A stretch of 64,000 nucleotides of DNA from the NCBI GenBank assembly GCA_963774265.1, contig CAVZDU010000003.1, positions 96,001 through 160,000 on the forward strand. Direction: 5' to 3'. Below, piece by piece: positions 11,667 to 22,954 of the stretch (position 1 is its first letter; every line of letters starts with the position of its first letter). Position numbers and translations under genes: made by a program. This DNA is from an uncultured Chloroflexia bacterium (lineage in GTDB: Bacteria; Chloroflexota; Anaerolineae; CG2-30-64-16). Below the pieces are notes generated by a model. It made no database searches. It saw only the letters and a list, made by a program, of their open reading frames with translations, and was not told where the DNA came from.

Positions 11667-12743
11667 TCATTTCGTTGACAATAAGTACGAGACGAGCTTG
11701 TCTAGATCTTGCTTCGCAATCCTGAGGCCGTAGTCCTGCGGCATCAGGTTCGCCGGGAAGCCCTCGACGACGTGTGCGTTGGGCTTGACGATCGATTCGT
11801 GGGTGTACTCCTCGGCCGACTGACCCGGAACCCGGCTCCCCGCGACTGCGTTGAATCCATCCAGCTTGGGACCCAGGGCGCCAGCTGCGCCCGCGTCGGC
11901 CAGGGTGTGGCAGGCGTTGCAGCCGTTGTTGTTGAATAGCTGGCGTCCGGCGGCCAACGGGTCAGCGGCTGCGCTGGCGGCTTGGGTGGCTGTCGTTTGC
12001 TGGCTCGCGAGCCAGGCCCGGAAATCGGCATCCTGCTCCACGATGAGTTGCGCGCGCATCACCGCGTGCCCCGCGCCGCACAATTCGGTGCACACGATGG
12101 GGTATGCCCCCGGCTCGGTGCCGGTGATAAAGGTTTCGGTCACCCGGTCGGGCATGACGTCCTTCTTGATGCGCATATCGGGCACCCAGAAAGAATGGAT
12201 GACGTCATTGGAGCGCATCTTCAGGTGCACCTGGCGATCCACGGGGATGTGCAGCTCGGTCGAGGTCACGTCCTGCTCGGGGTAGTAGAACTGCCACGCG
12301 AACTGGATGCCTTTGACCTCCACGATCAGCGCATCAGCCTGTGGCTTCTCGATGTTGGCCAGCACCTGGTAGCTGGTGAAGCCGATGAAAAAAATGGTTA
12401 GTGCGGGGATAACGGTCCAGAAGAATTCCAGCTTCGTGTTGCCGCGCACGGGAGGGCCGTCGGTGTCGTCGTCCGGCTGCCGGCCAAATCGGATGACCGA
12501 GTAGAGCAGGAAGCCCTGGACGATGACGAAAACCACCGTGGCGATGCCAAGCGTCAGACCGAAAAGCCGGTCGATGGCTAACCCTTCGGCGGCCACAGAG
12601 CGATTGAGAAACGGATTGCTGATGCCCAACACAAGGCCGGCGACCACAGCTACGACGCCGATGACGATGGCCACGAGCCGGCTCGTCGTGTCGAACATGA
12701 CCGGCTGGCGGCCGGGCGCTTCAGGACCGGGGGCTTGTGACAT
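11667..12743 (-). CDS. ctaC: Cytochrome c oxidase subunit II with fused C-terminal cytochrome c (caa3)
   Basis: LEFFWTVIP, DVIHSFW, CTELCGAGHAVM CuA motif, C-terminal CNACH. Confidence 0.92.
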   Translation of the reverse strand: MSQAPGPEAPGRQPVMFDTTSRLVAIVIGVVAVVAGLVLGISNPFLNRSVAAEGLAIDRLFGLTLGIATVVFVIVQGFLLYSVIRFGRQPDDDTDGPPVRGNTKLEFFWTVIPALTIFFIGFTSYQVLANIEKPQADALIVEVKGIQFAWQFYYPEQDVTSTELHIPVDRQVHLKMRSNDVIHSFWVPDMRIKKDVMPDRVTETFITGTEPGAYPIVCTELCGAGHAVMRAQLIVEQDADFRAWLASQQTTATQAASAAADPLAAGRQLFNNNGCNACHTLADAGAAGALGPKLDGFNAVAGSRVPGQSAEEYTHESIVKPNAHVVEGFPANLMPQDYGLRIAKQDLDKLVSYLLSTK

Positions 12744-12902
12744 AGGGCGCATTCTCCACAAGAACAATCACCAGACGGTCTGCAATGGAACAAAATGGCC
12801 AACAGTGAACGGGTGCACAGTACCAGCACGAACAAGGATGTGCAGTAATTCACGTCACCGATTAACTTTAGCTTTCCTGATGTGCCCTGTCAAATTGCCG
12901 TA

Positions 12903-13679
12903 TCAGGTCTCGTGCCGGATGCGTCGCGTACGCTGGCTGCGCTGCTCGTACACGCCCACGTAGCCTGCCACCGCGATGAACGCGAACGCGAACCATTGGA
13001 TCGCGTATCCCATGTGCGACCCTTCATCCAGGCTGATCTCAGGCTGGGGCTTGGGAAACTGGCGCGGCTTCTCGCCAGGCCGCGTGTCCTCTTCCAGGAA
13101 GACGGTGAGCAAGGGATAGGGCAGTTGTTGGCGAATCTTCGGCAGGTCGACCCGGTGCCAAGCGTCGACGCGCGGACCCGTGAGAGAGGGTGATGGATCC
13201 TCGGGCGACATGCCGCGGCGGACCTGGCTCTTGCGCAGGATGCCGTACACTTCCACCTCACCTGACACATCGCGGAATTGTCCGCGATCGGCGGCCCCCG
13301 CGGATTCGTAGGGGATCCAGCCGCGGTCGATCAGGATTGCCGTGTCGCTGCCGGCGATGCGTAAGGGCGTGAGCACGTGAACGCCGGGAAAGTCGTTCCA
13401 CGTGCGGTTGCGCAGGACAACCTGCCGATCATAGTCATACGTCCCGCGTACGGTGGCGCGGCGCAGGTCGACCTCTTCGGGATCGAGCAACTCACCGGTG
13501 ATGACCAGGGCCGGCTCAGCCATCCGCGCCAGGATGAGCGCGTTGGCCGCGCGGCGCTCGCCCAGCCGTTCGATCTGCCAGGCGCCGAGCCGGACAAAGA
13601 GCCCCGCGAGCGCGAGGATCAGGAGGGTCGCCAGCAGCCACCAGCCGCGAAACGGTGAGGGTCGGGTCGTTAGTGTCAT
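12903..13679 (-). CDS. SURF1-family oxidase assembly protein
   Basis: LGAWQIER, VLTPL, IDRGW, HMGYAIQWF. Confidence 0.9.
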   Translation of the reverse strand: MTLTTRPSPFRGWWLLATLLILALAGLFVRLGAWQIERLGERRAANALILARMAEPALVITGELLDPEEVDLRRATVRGTYDYDRQVVLRNRTWNDFPGVHVLTPLRIAGSDTAILIDRGWIPYESAGAADRGQFRDVSGEVEVYGILRKSQVRRGMSPEDPSPSLTGPRVDAWHRVDLPKIRQQLPYPLLTVFLEEDTRPGEKPRQFPKPQPEISLDEGSHMGYAIQWFAFAFIAVAGYVGVYEQRSQRTRRIRHET

Positions 13680-13688
13680 CGTTCCTTG

Positions 13689-13758
13689 TTCACGTGAAGG
13701 CGCGAAGCCGCGAAGCTACGACTGATCATGCTCTGCGCGCTCTTCTCGGCTTTGCGTG
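13689..13758. repeat. Inverted pair of CAC/AAG-type short repeats, intergenic
   Basis: TTCACGTGAAGGCGCGAAGCCGCGAAG (13689-13715) faces CACGCAAAGCCGAGAAGAGCGCGCAGAG on the minus strand (13731-13758). Confidence 0.65.
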
Positions 13759-13768
13759 CCACCCTCAG

Positions 13769-14368
13769 CTACGCCTGCCCCGCGGCCAACCTGCCATCCA
13801 ACCCCAGATCGCCGGCGACCACCTTCATCCCCTCCAGCACAATGCGCACGTGCTCCCAGGTGTCCAGTCCCAGCTCCGCCGCACCCTCCTCGATATCCTT
13901 CCGGTTCACCGCCGCGGCAAATACCTTGTCTTTCCACTTCTTCTTGACCGAGCTGACCTCGACATCAGCCAGGCTCTTGCTCGGACGCACATAGGCGACG
14001 GCCATGATCAGGCCGGTCAGTTCATCGCTGGCCCACAGAGCCGAGGCGAGCCTGGACCGCCGCGGGATGCCCAGGAAGGGCGCATGGCCGGCCACCGCCT
14101 CGATCATCTCTTCGGGATAGCCCCACTCACGGAACATCCGCAACGCGGTGCGCGGGTGTCCATCGACCGTATCGTCCATGTCCGGGTGCCGCTCGAAGTC
14201 CAGGTCGTGGAGCAGGGCCGTGACGCCCCAGAATTCCTCATCTTCGCCGAAATACCGGGCATACGCGCGCACCGCGGCCTCGACCGCGAGAACGTGTTTG
14301 CGCAGGCTCTCGCTTTGAATCCATTCCTGAACCAGTTCCCAGGCGACCGCTCGATCAGGTAAGTTCAT
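13769..14368 (-). CDS. HD/HDIG-domain metal-dependent hydrolase
   Basis: LRKHVLAVE, LLHDLDFE, DELTGLI, KKKWKDK.FAA.VNR. Confidence 0.85.
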   Translation of the reverse strand: MNLPDRAVAWELVQEWIQSESLRKHVLAVEAAVRAYARYFGEDEEFWGVTALLHDLDFERHPDMDDTVDGHPRTALRMFREWGYPEEMIEAVAGHAPFLGIPRRSRLASALWASDELTGLIMAVAYVRPSKSLADVEVSSVKKKWKDKVFAAAVNRKDIEEGAAELGLDTWEHVRIVLEGMKVVAGDLGLDGRLAAGQA

Positions 14369-14481
14369 GGTTTTCCCCTTCTTCTTGATCACTATAGGTA
14401 CAGTATAATAACCTTATCTGTGCAGCCAACGCTTGTCAATTCTCCGTGCTGCTTGCGTTCGTGTGGTGGGAGAGTATTACG

Positions 14482-15111
14482 ATGATCAAAGTACTTATGG
14501 CGGATGATCACGCAATCGTTCGCAAGGGGTTGCGCCTGATTCTGACCGAAAGCGCGACCAGCTGCCAGGTCGAGGAAGCCGTCAACGGGCAGGAGGTCCT
14601 GAAGAAGGTCTACGAGGGTGCGTTCGACATCCTGGTCCTGGATATTTCTTTGCCCGATCGGAATGGACTTGATCTGGTGCGCGAGATTAAGAGCGTTAAG
14701 CCGAAACTGCCGATCCTGATGCTGAGCGCGCATCCTGAGGATCAGTATGCGGTGCGTGCGCTGAAGGCGGGCGTGTCCGGCTACGTCAACAAGGAAAGCG
14801 CACCCGACCAGCTCGTGCAGGCTATCGAGCGGATCGTGGCCGGAGGGCGATATATCAGCCCCAGCCTGGCGGAGATGCTGGCCGCGACGGTGGGCGGCGA
14901 CATCGACGGTCAGCCGCATGAGAGCCTGTCGGATCGTGAGTTCACGGTGCTCCTGCGGATCGGTGCGGGTCGGTCCGTGAGCGAAATTGCGGATGAGTTG
15001 GGCTTGAGCGTGAAGACCGTCAGCACTTATCGGGCTCGGATTCTGGAAAAGATGAATATGGAGAACAACGCGGGATTGATCCGATACGTCATCGATCACC
15101 GGTTGGTCTAG
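14482..15111 (+). CDS. NarL/UvrY-family response regulator (REC + LuxR HTH)
   Basis: ADDHAIVR, LDISLPDRNG, LSDRE...LSVKTVSTYRARI. Confidence 0.93.
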   Translation: MIKVLMADDHAIVRKGLRLILTESATSCQVEEAVNGQEVLKKVYEGAFDILVLDISLPDRNGLDLVREIKSVKPKLPILMLSAHPEDQYAVRALKAGVSGYVNKESAPDQLVQAIERIVAGGRYISPSLAEMLAATVGGDIDGQPHESLSDREFTVLLRIGAGRSVSEIADELGLSVKTVSTYRARILEKMNMENNAGLIRYVIDHRLV

Positions 15112-15141
15112 CGGTTCGCTGCAAGGAGCGGAGTCAAGATA

Positions 15142-16476
15142 ATGGGCAAGCTGACCTGGATTGAAGAATGGCAGAATCGCGGCAGCGGAAGTGAGCCCGC
15201 GCCGGGCGCGGCCCCGGAGCCCTTCGCCGATTGGACCACGCGGCGCGTGATCACGGCCACGCTGGTCGTTCTGGCCACTGCCGCGGGATTCTGGCTGCTG
15301 TTCCGGTTTTATATGACGGTCTTCCTGTTCCTGGTCGCCGTGATGCTGGGCATCGCAACGAAGCCGGCGGTCGCCTGGCTGCAGAAGCGCGGGGTGCGCC
15401 CGCAGATCGGCGTCATCCTGATCTATCTGGCCTTGTTCGGGGTGCTGGCGCTCTTCCTTATGCTCGTGGCGCCTCTCCTTGCGGAACAAGCCACAGCACT
15501 GGTGGATAAGCTGCCGGAGCTCTACCGGAATTTGCGCCAGGCCCTCATCCTGTCGGACAATCGCTTCATTCAACGGGTGGCCCTGGGGTTGCCGATAACC
15601 GTCACGATCTCGATGCCGTCGGCTGCCGGCCCGCCTGCCGGGGGCGATGTGGGCGCCGCGCCTGCAATGGGCCAGGTCCTGGGAATCGTCGGGGGCGCGG
15701 CACAGGGGGTATTTATTCTGATCGCGATCCTGGTGTTGGCGTTCTTCTGGGTGCAAGAGGGCGAAGTGCTGGTCCGCCGCCTGCTGCTGTTGCTGCCGGT
15801 GGAAAAGCGCGAGGCGGCGCGAAATCTGTACACCGAGTTGGAAGGCAAGGTTGGCGCATACTTTCGCGGTCAGCTGATCCTGTGCGGGGTGGTCGGTGCG
15901 TTGAGCCTGGTTGGCTACCTGATCATTGGGCTGCCCTACGCAGTTGGCCTGGCGCTCATCATGGCTGTCACCGAGGCCATCCCCATGATCGGCCCAACCC
16001 TCGGTGCAATCCCCGCCATTTTGGTGGCCCTGACCGTTGCGCCCGACAAGGCGCTGTGGACGGTTGCCGTCGTCTTCGTCGTGCAGATGGCGGAGAATAA
16101 CCTGCTCGTGCCCCGCATCATGGACCGTTCGGTGGGCGTGAACCCCATCGTCACGATCCTGGGAATCACAGCGTTCGGCATACTGTTCGGCTTTGTCGGT
16201 GCGCTGCTGGCTGTGCCGCTGGCCGCGATGGTGCAAATCATCGCGTACCGCGCCATGTTCCGCGCTCCTACGCCGATCGATGTCGGCCGCAGCCGGGCAA
16301 GCGCTCTGCGCCTGGCCACGCAGGAGTTGATCCAGGATGTGCGGAAGTTGTCGCGCGGCGACCCGGACGTGGCGACCAAGATCGACCCGGCAGCGGCGCA
16401 GGCCGAAGAACTGCTGGAAGAGATCGCGCTTGATCTGGATAAGATTCTGGCCGGTGCGGAGGTTCAGTCAGCATGA
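15142..16476 (+). CDS. AI-2E (PerM/UPF0118) family permease
   Basis: YFRGQLI, IPMIGP, QMAENNLLVPRIM..SVGVNP, GALLAVP. Confidence 0.9.
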   Translation: MGKLTWIEEWQNRGSGSEPAPGAAPEPFADWTTRRVITATLVVLATAAGFWLLFRFYMTVFLFLVAVMLGIATKPAVAWLQKRGVRPQIGVILIYLALFGVLALFLMLVAPLLAEQATALVDKLPELYRNLRQALILSDNRFIQRVALGLPITVTISMPSAAGPPAGGDVGAAPAMGQVLGIVGGAAQGVFILIAILVLAFFWVQEGEVLVRRLLLLLPVEKREAARNLYTELEGKVGAYFRGQLILCGVVGALSLVGYLIIGLPYAVGLALIMAVTEAIPMIGPTLGAIPAILVALTVAPDKALWTVAVVFVVQMAENNLLVPRIMDRSVGVNPIVTILGITAFGILFGFVGALLAVPLAAMVQIIAYRAMFRAPTPIDVGRSRASALRLATQELIQDVRKLSRGDPDVATKIDPAAAQAEELLEEIALDLDKILAGAEVQSA

Positions 16477-17655
16477 AACGCTTCGCCTTCTTTGTCTTTT
16501 TGATCTTCACGCTGCTACTGGCCGCAGTCGTCCTCTGGCGGTTGTCGAGCATCGTCTTTCTCGTGCTGGCTTCCTTGGCGATCGCATCTGCTGCGCGCGG
16601 GCCATTGGAGTGGCTCATGGATCGGCGTGTCCCGAGCGGCTTGGCTATGCTCGCGGTGTATGGCTCGATCTTGTTGGTGGTCGAGCGCGCTGGGCTATTT
16701 CCTGTACCAGGCCCTGGGTCGGGAGTTAGGGTCGATCACCGAGGACCTGAGCACGGTGTATCACACGATCGCCGTTCGATGGGGCGGCGCGGTGGTGCAG
16801 AACCTGCCTGCGCTGACCGCGCGGCTGCCCACCCCTGAGCAGATGGGTCAATTGCTGGCCAACGAGGAGCTGCCGGCGCTGCTCAAGGGGGTGGCAGGCA
16901 TGACCGGCGGGGTCGCCAATTTCCTGACTTACGCGAGCGTTGCGCTTATCCTGAGCATCTACTGGATTTCGGACCGTCAACGCTTTGAACGGCTGTTTCT
17001 TTCAACGCTACCCGCCTGGCGTAGAGCACGAGCCCGATCCCTCTGGTATGAGTTGGAAAACGGCGTGGGCGCCTACCTGCGCAGCGAACTCGTCCAGGGC
17101 ATCGTGGCTGCTCTGCTGCTCGCACCAGCTTTCTCCTTGATGGGGCTTAAATATCCGGTGTTCTGGGCATTGGCCGGCGCGCTGACGTGGTTCATCCCAT
17201 TGGTGGGTGCGCTGCTCTTTCTCATCCCGCTCTGGCTGATCGTGTTCGTGCAAAACGGCGTTTGGATCGCCACGTTGGCGGTTGTATACAGCTTGCTGAT
17301 TCTCTGGTTCCTGGAGTTCATCGTCGAGCGCCGGTTGTACACGCCGGAGGGGAGGAGTAACGTCCTGGTGCTGCTGGTCATGCTCATGATGACGGATGCG
17401 TTTGGGTTGATCGGCCTGCTGCTATCGCCTCCGCTGGCCATGGCGACCTATATCCTGGTCAGCCAGTTGATCGAACATGCGACGACGGTGGGACGCGCAG
17501 ACGGCGTGGTCCCGGGAGTTGAGGCGCTGGAGGGCCGCCTGGCGCAAGTACGCGGCACGATTGGCGAACTAGATGGGGGCGCCGCGCCTCGGCTGGCGAA
17601 CATGAGCGACCGGCTGGCTGATTTACTGGTTCGGTCCAGGGAGGTTGAGGGCTGA
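16473..17655 (+). CDS. Second AI-2E family permease (frameshift near 16685)
   Basis: N-terminus in ORF 16473-16838, remainder in ORF 16627-17655; GAYLRSE, FIPLVG, GLIGLLLSPP. Confidence 0.8.
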
Positions 17656-17815
17656 GGGTTTGCGTGTAGGACAAGTCGCACGTCCCAGGAGCAGGTTTTC
17701 CTACACGTGGCAGCGGCCTTCGCCGATAGTGCGCTTTGCCGAACTGCGATATCCTTGATCTGCAAAGAGCGAAGAATCTGTGAGTCGAAATTGGTAAATT
17801 GAGAAGGAACGAAAC

Positions 17816-18121
17816 ATGAACGAGGACGTATTGGCGGGTAAGTGGAAGCAGGTCAGGGGCGGCGTCAAGGCCGCATTCGCAAAGCTGACGGATGACGATA
17901 TCGCTGAGGTTGAGGGAAACAGCGAGCGCATGGTGGGCAAGCTGCAGGAGCGCTACGGCTACACTCGCAAAGACGCGGAGAGCGCATGGAACAAGTTCGT
18001 GAAGGGTGTTGATGCCGAGGTGGATCAGGCTGCAGCCGAGCGGCATGTAGATCGCGCAGCGGATCACGTGGAGAACGCCGTCGACGAGGCCAAGAGCGCC
18101 ATCCGTCGTGCGCTGAGCTAG
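17816..18121 (+). CDS. csbD: CsbD-family stress protein
   Basis: MNEDVLAGKWKQVRG...KLTDDD...GKLQERYGY. Confidence 0.9.
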   Translation: MNEDVLAGKWKQVRGGVKAAFAKLTDDDIAEVEGNSERMVGKLQERYGYTRKDAESAWNKFVKGVDAEVDQAAAERHVDRAADHVENAVDEAKSAIRRALS

Positions 18122-18146
18122 CGCAGAACAAAACCACATAACAGAG

Positions 18147-18181
18147 GGGGTGCAGGACGCCAATGTCCTGCACCCCTTTTT
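18147..18181 (+). terminator. Intrinsic terminator after csbD
   Basis: 12-bp stem GGGGTGCAGGAC/GTCCTGCACCCC followed by a T-tract. Confidence 0.85.
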
Positions 18182-18230
18182 GTTTGCGCCCTACAATATT
18201 GCCTTTTTCCCCGCCCAGGGGTGAACCGCA

Positions 18231-18952
18231 CTAATCCCGATCGTCCAGCACCGCCGTCTGTGCCCGCAGCAACTCTCCGACGCCCCCCGTTGCCAAATCC
18301 AGCAGCCGGCTAAGCATCGCGCGGTCGAACGGCCGGCCCTCTGCCGTACCCTGCACCTCGACAAACTGGCCGTCTCGATTCATGACGATGTTCATGTCCA
18401 TTTCGGCGCGGAAGTCCTCTGCATAGCACAGGTCCAGCAGCGGTTCACCATCGACGACACCTACGCTCACCGCAGCCACCGCAGGCAGCAAGACGCTCGC
18501 GTTGACCTGTCCGGCCTCGACTAGTTTCCGCGCTGCCAGCGCCAGCGCCACGTAGCCGCCTGTCACCGATGCAGTGCGGGTGCCGCCATCGGCCTGCAAC
18601 ACATCGCAGTCGACGATAATCTGGCGTCTGCCCAACTGGCGCAAGTCGACCGCCGCGCGCGCAGGCTTCGACCGATCAGCCGCCGGATCTCCTGGGTGCG
18701 CGCCTGGGGTGTCGTCTCACGCGAGGATCGCGTGTGCGTGCTGCGCGGGAGCATCGCGTATTCAGCCGTCACCCACCCCTTGTTGGCCGAGTCGCGCTCC
18801 ATCCACGGCGGCATGCGCTCATCCACCGTCGCGTTGCACAGCACCACCGTGTTCCCCTGGCTGATCAGCACCGAGCCTTCCGCATAGCGCGTGTAGCCGG
18901 GCTCCATCTTCACCGGGCGCAGTTGGTCGCGCCGCCGGCCATCTCCTCGCAT
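18231..18952 (-). CDS. rph: Ribonuclease PH (frameshift near 18660)
   Basis: [64 protein letters not shown]. Confidence 0.93.
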
Positions 18953-19096
18953 CTCTCCCTCCAGCCTGATCGTGACTTCTTATCCGCAATTCTACCACCC
19001 TTGATCCTTTCGGCGGTATAATGGAGCGCCCGCCGTGGCGGGCGGCCCGCTGCCTCCCGTGACGCGGCGCTGCGGCGGGGCCGTAAAGGAGAAGAC

Positions 19097-19888
19097 GTGA
19101 AACTGGATGTGCGTGCGTACAACCGTCAGGCATGGAATCGGCAGGTGGCTGAGGGCAACGAGTGGACCCGCCCCGTCACGCCGGAGGTCATCGCGCGTGC
19201 GCGTGCAGGCGACTGGTCGGTCGTCCTCACCGCGGTCAAACCCGTCCCTGCTTCGTGGTTCCCGCCCCTGGCGGGCAAGGACGTGTTGGGCCTGGCATGT
19301 GGCGGGGGCCAGCAGTGCCCCATATTCGCCGCTGCCGGCGCACGCGTCACGGTGTTCGACAACTCCCCCGCGCAACTCGGCCGGGATCGCGAAGTGGCTG
19401 AGCGCGAAGGGCTGGCTGTGCGCACCGTTGAGGGGGACATGGTTCACTTGTCCGTATTTGCCGATAAGTCCTTCGATCTGATCTTTCACCCGGTTTCCAA
19501 CCTCTTTTCGTCGGCGGTCCGGCCAGTCTACCGCGAGGCCTATCGCGTCCTGCGCCCGGGGGGCGTGCTGCTTACCGGCTTTATGAACCCCGACATCTTC
19601 ATCTTTGACCGCGACGTCGTCGACCGCACGGGGGCACTGGTGGTCCGCTACACCTTGCCCTACAGCGACCTGGCGCATCTCCCTGCCGATCAGCTTCAGG
19701 CCGCGATGGATCAGGGCTTGCCCCTGGAGCACAGCCATACCCTGCAGGATCAGATAGGGGGGCAATGTGACGCCGGCCTCGTGATCACGGCCCTCTACGA
19801 AGATCGTTACGCACCCGAAGTCGGCGACATTCCGTCGCGCTATATGCCTTGCTTCTACGCCACACGCGCGATCAAACCTGGTTGCTGA
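19097..19888 (+). CDS. Class I SAM-dependent methyltransferase
   Basis: VLGLACGGGQQ, FDLIFHPVSN, RVLRPGG. Confidence 0.88.
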   Translation: MKLDVRAYNRQAWNRQVAEGNEWTRPVTPEVIARARAGDWSVVLTAVKPVPASWFPPLAGKDVLGLACGGGQQCPIFAAAGARVTVFDNSPAQLGRDREVAEREGLAVRTVEGDMVHLSVFADKSFDLIFHPVSNLFSSAVRPVYREAYRVLRPGGVLLTGFMNPDIFIFDRDVVDRTGALVVRYTLPYSDLAHLPADQLQAAMDQGLPLEHSHTLQDQIGGQCDAGLVITALYEDRYAPEVGDIPSRYMPCFYATRAIKPGC

Positions 19889-19899
19889 GAGGATCACTC

Positions 19900-21589
19900 A
19901 TGGAGTTCAAGTTCGACACATATCTCAATTATGCCCAGCTCACTGAGCGCCTGGCCGTGCTCGCTGCAGATCACCCGGCCATCATGGCCCTCTCCGTCCT
20001 GGGAAAATCCCACGAGGGCCGCGAGATCCCGCTCGTTGTCCTGACCAACCGGGAGACCGGCCCGGACACGGAGAAGCCCGCTTTCTGGATCGACGCCAAC
20101 ATCCACGCCACCGAGCTTACCGCGTCGATGACGGCGCTGCACCTCATCACACGGCTGGTCGACGGTTATGGCACGGTCCCCACGATCACGCGCATCCTGG
20201 ATGAGCAGGTCGTCTACGTGGTGCCGCGGCTCAATCCCGACGGCGTGGAGCTCGCGCTCGCCAGCCCGCCCAAATACGTCCGCTCGAGCACCCGGCCATA
20301 CCCGTTCGAGGACAAGAAGGACGGCCTGCACGCTGAGGACATCGACGGCGACGGCCGCATCCTGCAGATGCGGATCGCAGATCCCGCAGGCGACTGGAAG
20401 GTCTCGGACCGTGACCCGCGACTGATGGTCAAGCGTGCGCCGGACGAGTCCGGCGGAACTTACTACCGCATCTTCCCCGAGGGCCTGATCGAGAACTACG
20501 ACGGCCACCTGATCACCATCGCGCCGCCCCTTCAGGGCCTCGACTTCAACCGCAACTTCCCCGGCGCGTGGCGGCCCGAGGGCGAGCAGCACGGCGCGGG
20601 TGATTTTCCCGGCTCTGAGCCGGAGATTCGCGCGGTCATCGAGTTCATGGCGAGCCATCCGAACATCTACGGCGCAATCACCTATCACACCTACAGCCGC
20701 GCGATCCTGCGTCCTTACGGCACGAAATCCGACGACGAGATGGATACCGAATGACAAGTGGGTTTACGAGGCGATCACCGAGCGCGGCACGGAGCTCACC
20801 GGCTATCCGTCCGTCTCCGTGTACCATCATTTCCGCTATCACCCAAAGGAAGTCATCACGGGCGTTTTCGATGACTGGCTCTACGATCACAAAGGCATTT
20901 TTGCGCTCACCGTGGAGCTGTGGGACCTGGCCACCGCGGCGGGTGTGGAGGAGAAGAGCAAAGAGAAGAAGTTCATAGACTGGTTCCGCAAACACCCGGT
21001 CGCGGACGACTACAAGATCCTGGACTACGTGAACGAACACGCGCCCGACGCGCTGGTCCCCTGGCGCGAGTTCGACCACCCGCAGCTCGGTAAGGTGGAG
21101 CTCGGTGGCTGGCATACCCTCTACTCGTGGCGCAACCCGCCGCACGCGCTGCTCGAGGCTGAGGTCAAGCCGCAGGCCGACTTTGCGATCAGCTTTATCA
21201 GCCTCGCGCCCCGCCTAGCCTGGCGCGACGTCGTCGTGACGCCCTTGGGCGAAGGCACGTATCATCTCCTGGCCGTGGTCGAGAACCTGGGCTTCCTGCC
21301 CACCCACGTGGCCGAGCAGGCGCTCAAGATGAAAGCCGTGCAACCTGTCCGTCTGGAGCTGGTGCTGCCCGATGGCGCGACGCTGGTCGGCGGCAAGATC
21401 AAGCAGGAGATCGGCCAGTTGCAGGGCCGCTCGAACAAGATGGATATGGCCTACAACGGCGTATCGCCCACGGACAACCGCGGCAAGGCCGAGTGGGTGG
21501 TGGCCGCGCCCAAGGGTGCGACGCTCAAGCTGAGCGCCATCTCCGAGCGTGGCGGCGTCCTGCGCCGCGATGTGACCCTGGGAGCGTAG
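19900..21589 (+). CDS. M14-family zinc carboxypeptidase (frameshift near 20751)
   Basis: IHATE, NPDG, DFNRNF, SEPE, YHTY, TVELW across ORFs 19849-20754 and 20600-21589. Confidence 0.88.
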
Positions 21590-21592
21590 CCC

Positions 21593-22240
21593 GTGCTTAT
21601 CCCCTTCCAGCGGCTGACCGCGGAACAGTTGGCCCGCGTGATCGCGATCTATGAAGAAGCGCTTGCAGCCCCCTGGGAATGGCCCGTCGAGCGTTTTCAC
21701 GAGATTGCGAGGACGCCCGACTCGCCGTTTTGGGCCATGGCAGCATTGGAAGGGGACAACCCGGCGGGTTTCATCATCAACGAATACCTGCCCGTCGGTG
21801 GGCTGTGGTATATCCATTATTTTGCCGTTCGGGCCGACCTGCGGGGGCAGGGTTGGGGCTCCCGCATCCTCACCGCCAGCCTTCCCATCGGTGAGGATGC
21901 TGCCTTGCGGCACGGCCATGCCGGCTGCACCGGCACGCTGCTCGAGGCTGTCGCCTTTGCCGGCCTGACGCCGGGTGGCAAACGCCGGATGGGCGTTCGC
22001 CGTCAGGAGTTCTACCGCCGTCATGGCGCGATCGTCACCGGCGCACAGTACCCTCGCCCGCCCGACGCATCGCCCGACATGCCTGACTTCGACCTGCTTT
22101 TCGTCCCCGGGCGAGCCTGGGATGGCCGACTGGACAACGCATTCCGCCGCAGACTCATCCGCTCGTTGGTGGTTGAGGGCTACGGCGTGCCGGAGGACGC
22201 TGCGTGGCTGCAGGCTAAACTGGCGTGCTACGAGGATTGA
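21593..22240 (+). CDS. GNAT-family acetyltransferase
   Basis: YFAVRADLRGQGWG motif A; RQEFYRRHG. Confidence 0.8.
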   Translation: MLIPFQRLTAEQLARVIAIYEEALAAPWEWPVERFHEIARTPDSPFWAMAALEGDNPAGFIINEYLPVGGLWYIHYFAVRADLRGQGWGSRILTASLPIGEDAALRHGHAGCTGTLLEAVAFAGLTPGGKRRMGVRRQEFYRRHGAIVTGAQYPRPPDASPDMPDFDLLFVPGRAWDGRLDNAFRRRLIRSLVVEGYGVPEDAAWLQAKLACYED

Positions 22241-22254
22241 GCTGGAATCAACCG

Positions 22255-22284
22255 TTGCCTTGCATTTCCGCGCTGTGGTATAAT
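22255..22284 (+). promoter_or_regulatory. Sigma70 promoter with extended -10, upstream of the DUF151-dnaB cluster
   Basis: TTGCCT-18 nt-TATAAT, with TG-G immediately before the -10. Confidence 0.6.
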
Positions 22285-22339
22285 CACCTTGCCACGGTCC
22301 GCTGCGCCCTGGCGCGGGGGAGACTATCGGAGGGTGGAC

Positions 22340-22852
22340 ATGGTTGAAGTGACAATCGATAGCGTGCGGGTCAGCCTCATGTCGCAGCACCGCATCGTCG
22401 TGCTGCGTGAGTCCGAATCGACGCGCTTTTTGCCTATCTGGATCGGCCCCTTTGAGGCCGATGCCATCACCATCGAGTTGCAGAGCGTCGAGGTGGCCCG
22501 GCCGCTCACGCACGACCTGCTCAAGGCGACCATCGAACAACTCGGCGCGAAGATCGTCCAGGTGGCTATCACCGACTTGCGCAACGACACCTTCTACGCA
22601 GAGATTTCCCTGATGGTGAACGGCCGACGGATTGAAGTGGATTCCCGGCCCAGTGACGCCATCGCGCTCGCAGTTCGCGCGCGCGTGCCCGTGTACGTGG
22701 CAGACGACGTGATGGAGCAAGCTGCCATCAGGCCCGAGGACGACCTGGAAGGGAGCTCACTCCCGGCAGCCGAGGGAGAGCCAGCTGAGCCGACGTCGCC
22801 CGAAGCCTTCCGTGAGTTTCTCGAAGGGTTGGACTTGAGCGGCCTCGACTGA
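22340..22852 (+). CDS. Bifunctional nuclease family protein (DUF151)
   Basis: [28 protein letters not shown]. Confidence 0.92.
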   Translation: MVEVTIDSVRVSLMSQHRIVVLRESESTRFLPIWIGPFEADAITIELQSVEVARPLTHDLLKATIEQLGAKIVQVAITDLRNDTFYAEISLMVNGRRIEVDSRPSDAIALAVRARVPVYVADDVMEQAAIRPEDDLEGSSLPAAEGEPAEPTSPEAFREFLEGLDLSGLD

Positions 22853-22954
22853 GGCGATCTGCCGGCGCCACGGCGCCTTCGTTACTTATGCCCAATCATC
22901 GTCTCGGAGCCGGCTATCCAGCCGGCTTCTTAATCGTGAAACGAGTTTTCGTCC

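Noticed and set aside
14385-14440. Canonical divergent promoters between the HD gene and the response regulator
   Set aside because: TATAAT/TATACT and TTGACA/TTGATC boxes are present but spacings (13 and 26 nt) are non-canonical, so no specific promoter was called.
14392-16236. Long antisense ORFs (also 1792-3567, 21215-22720, 22886-23884)
   Set aside because: Shadow ORFs opposite well-supported genes, expected in high-GC DNA, with no motifs.
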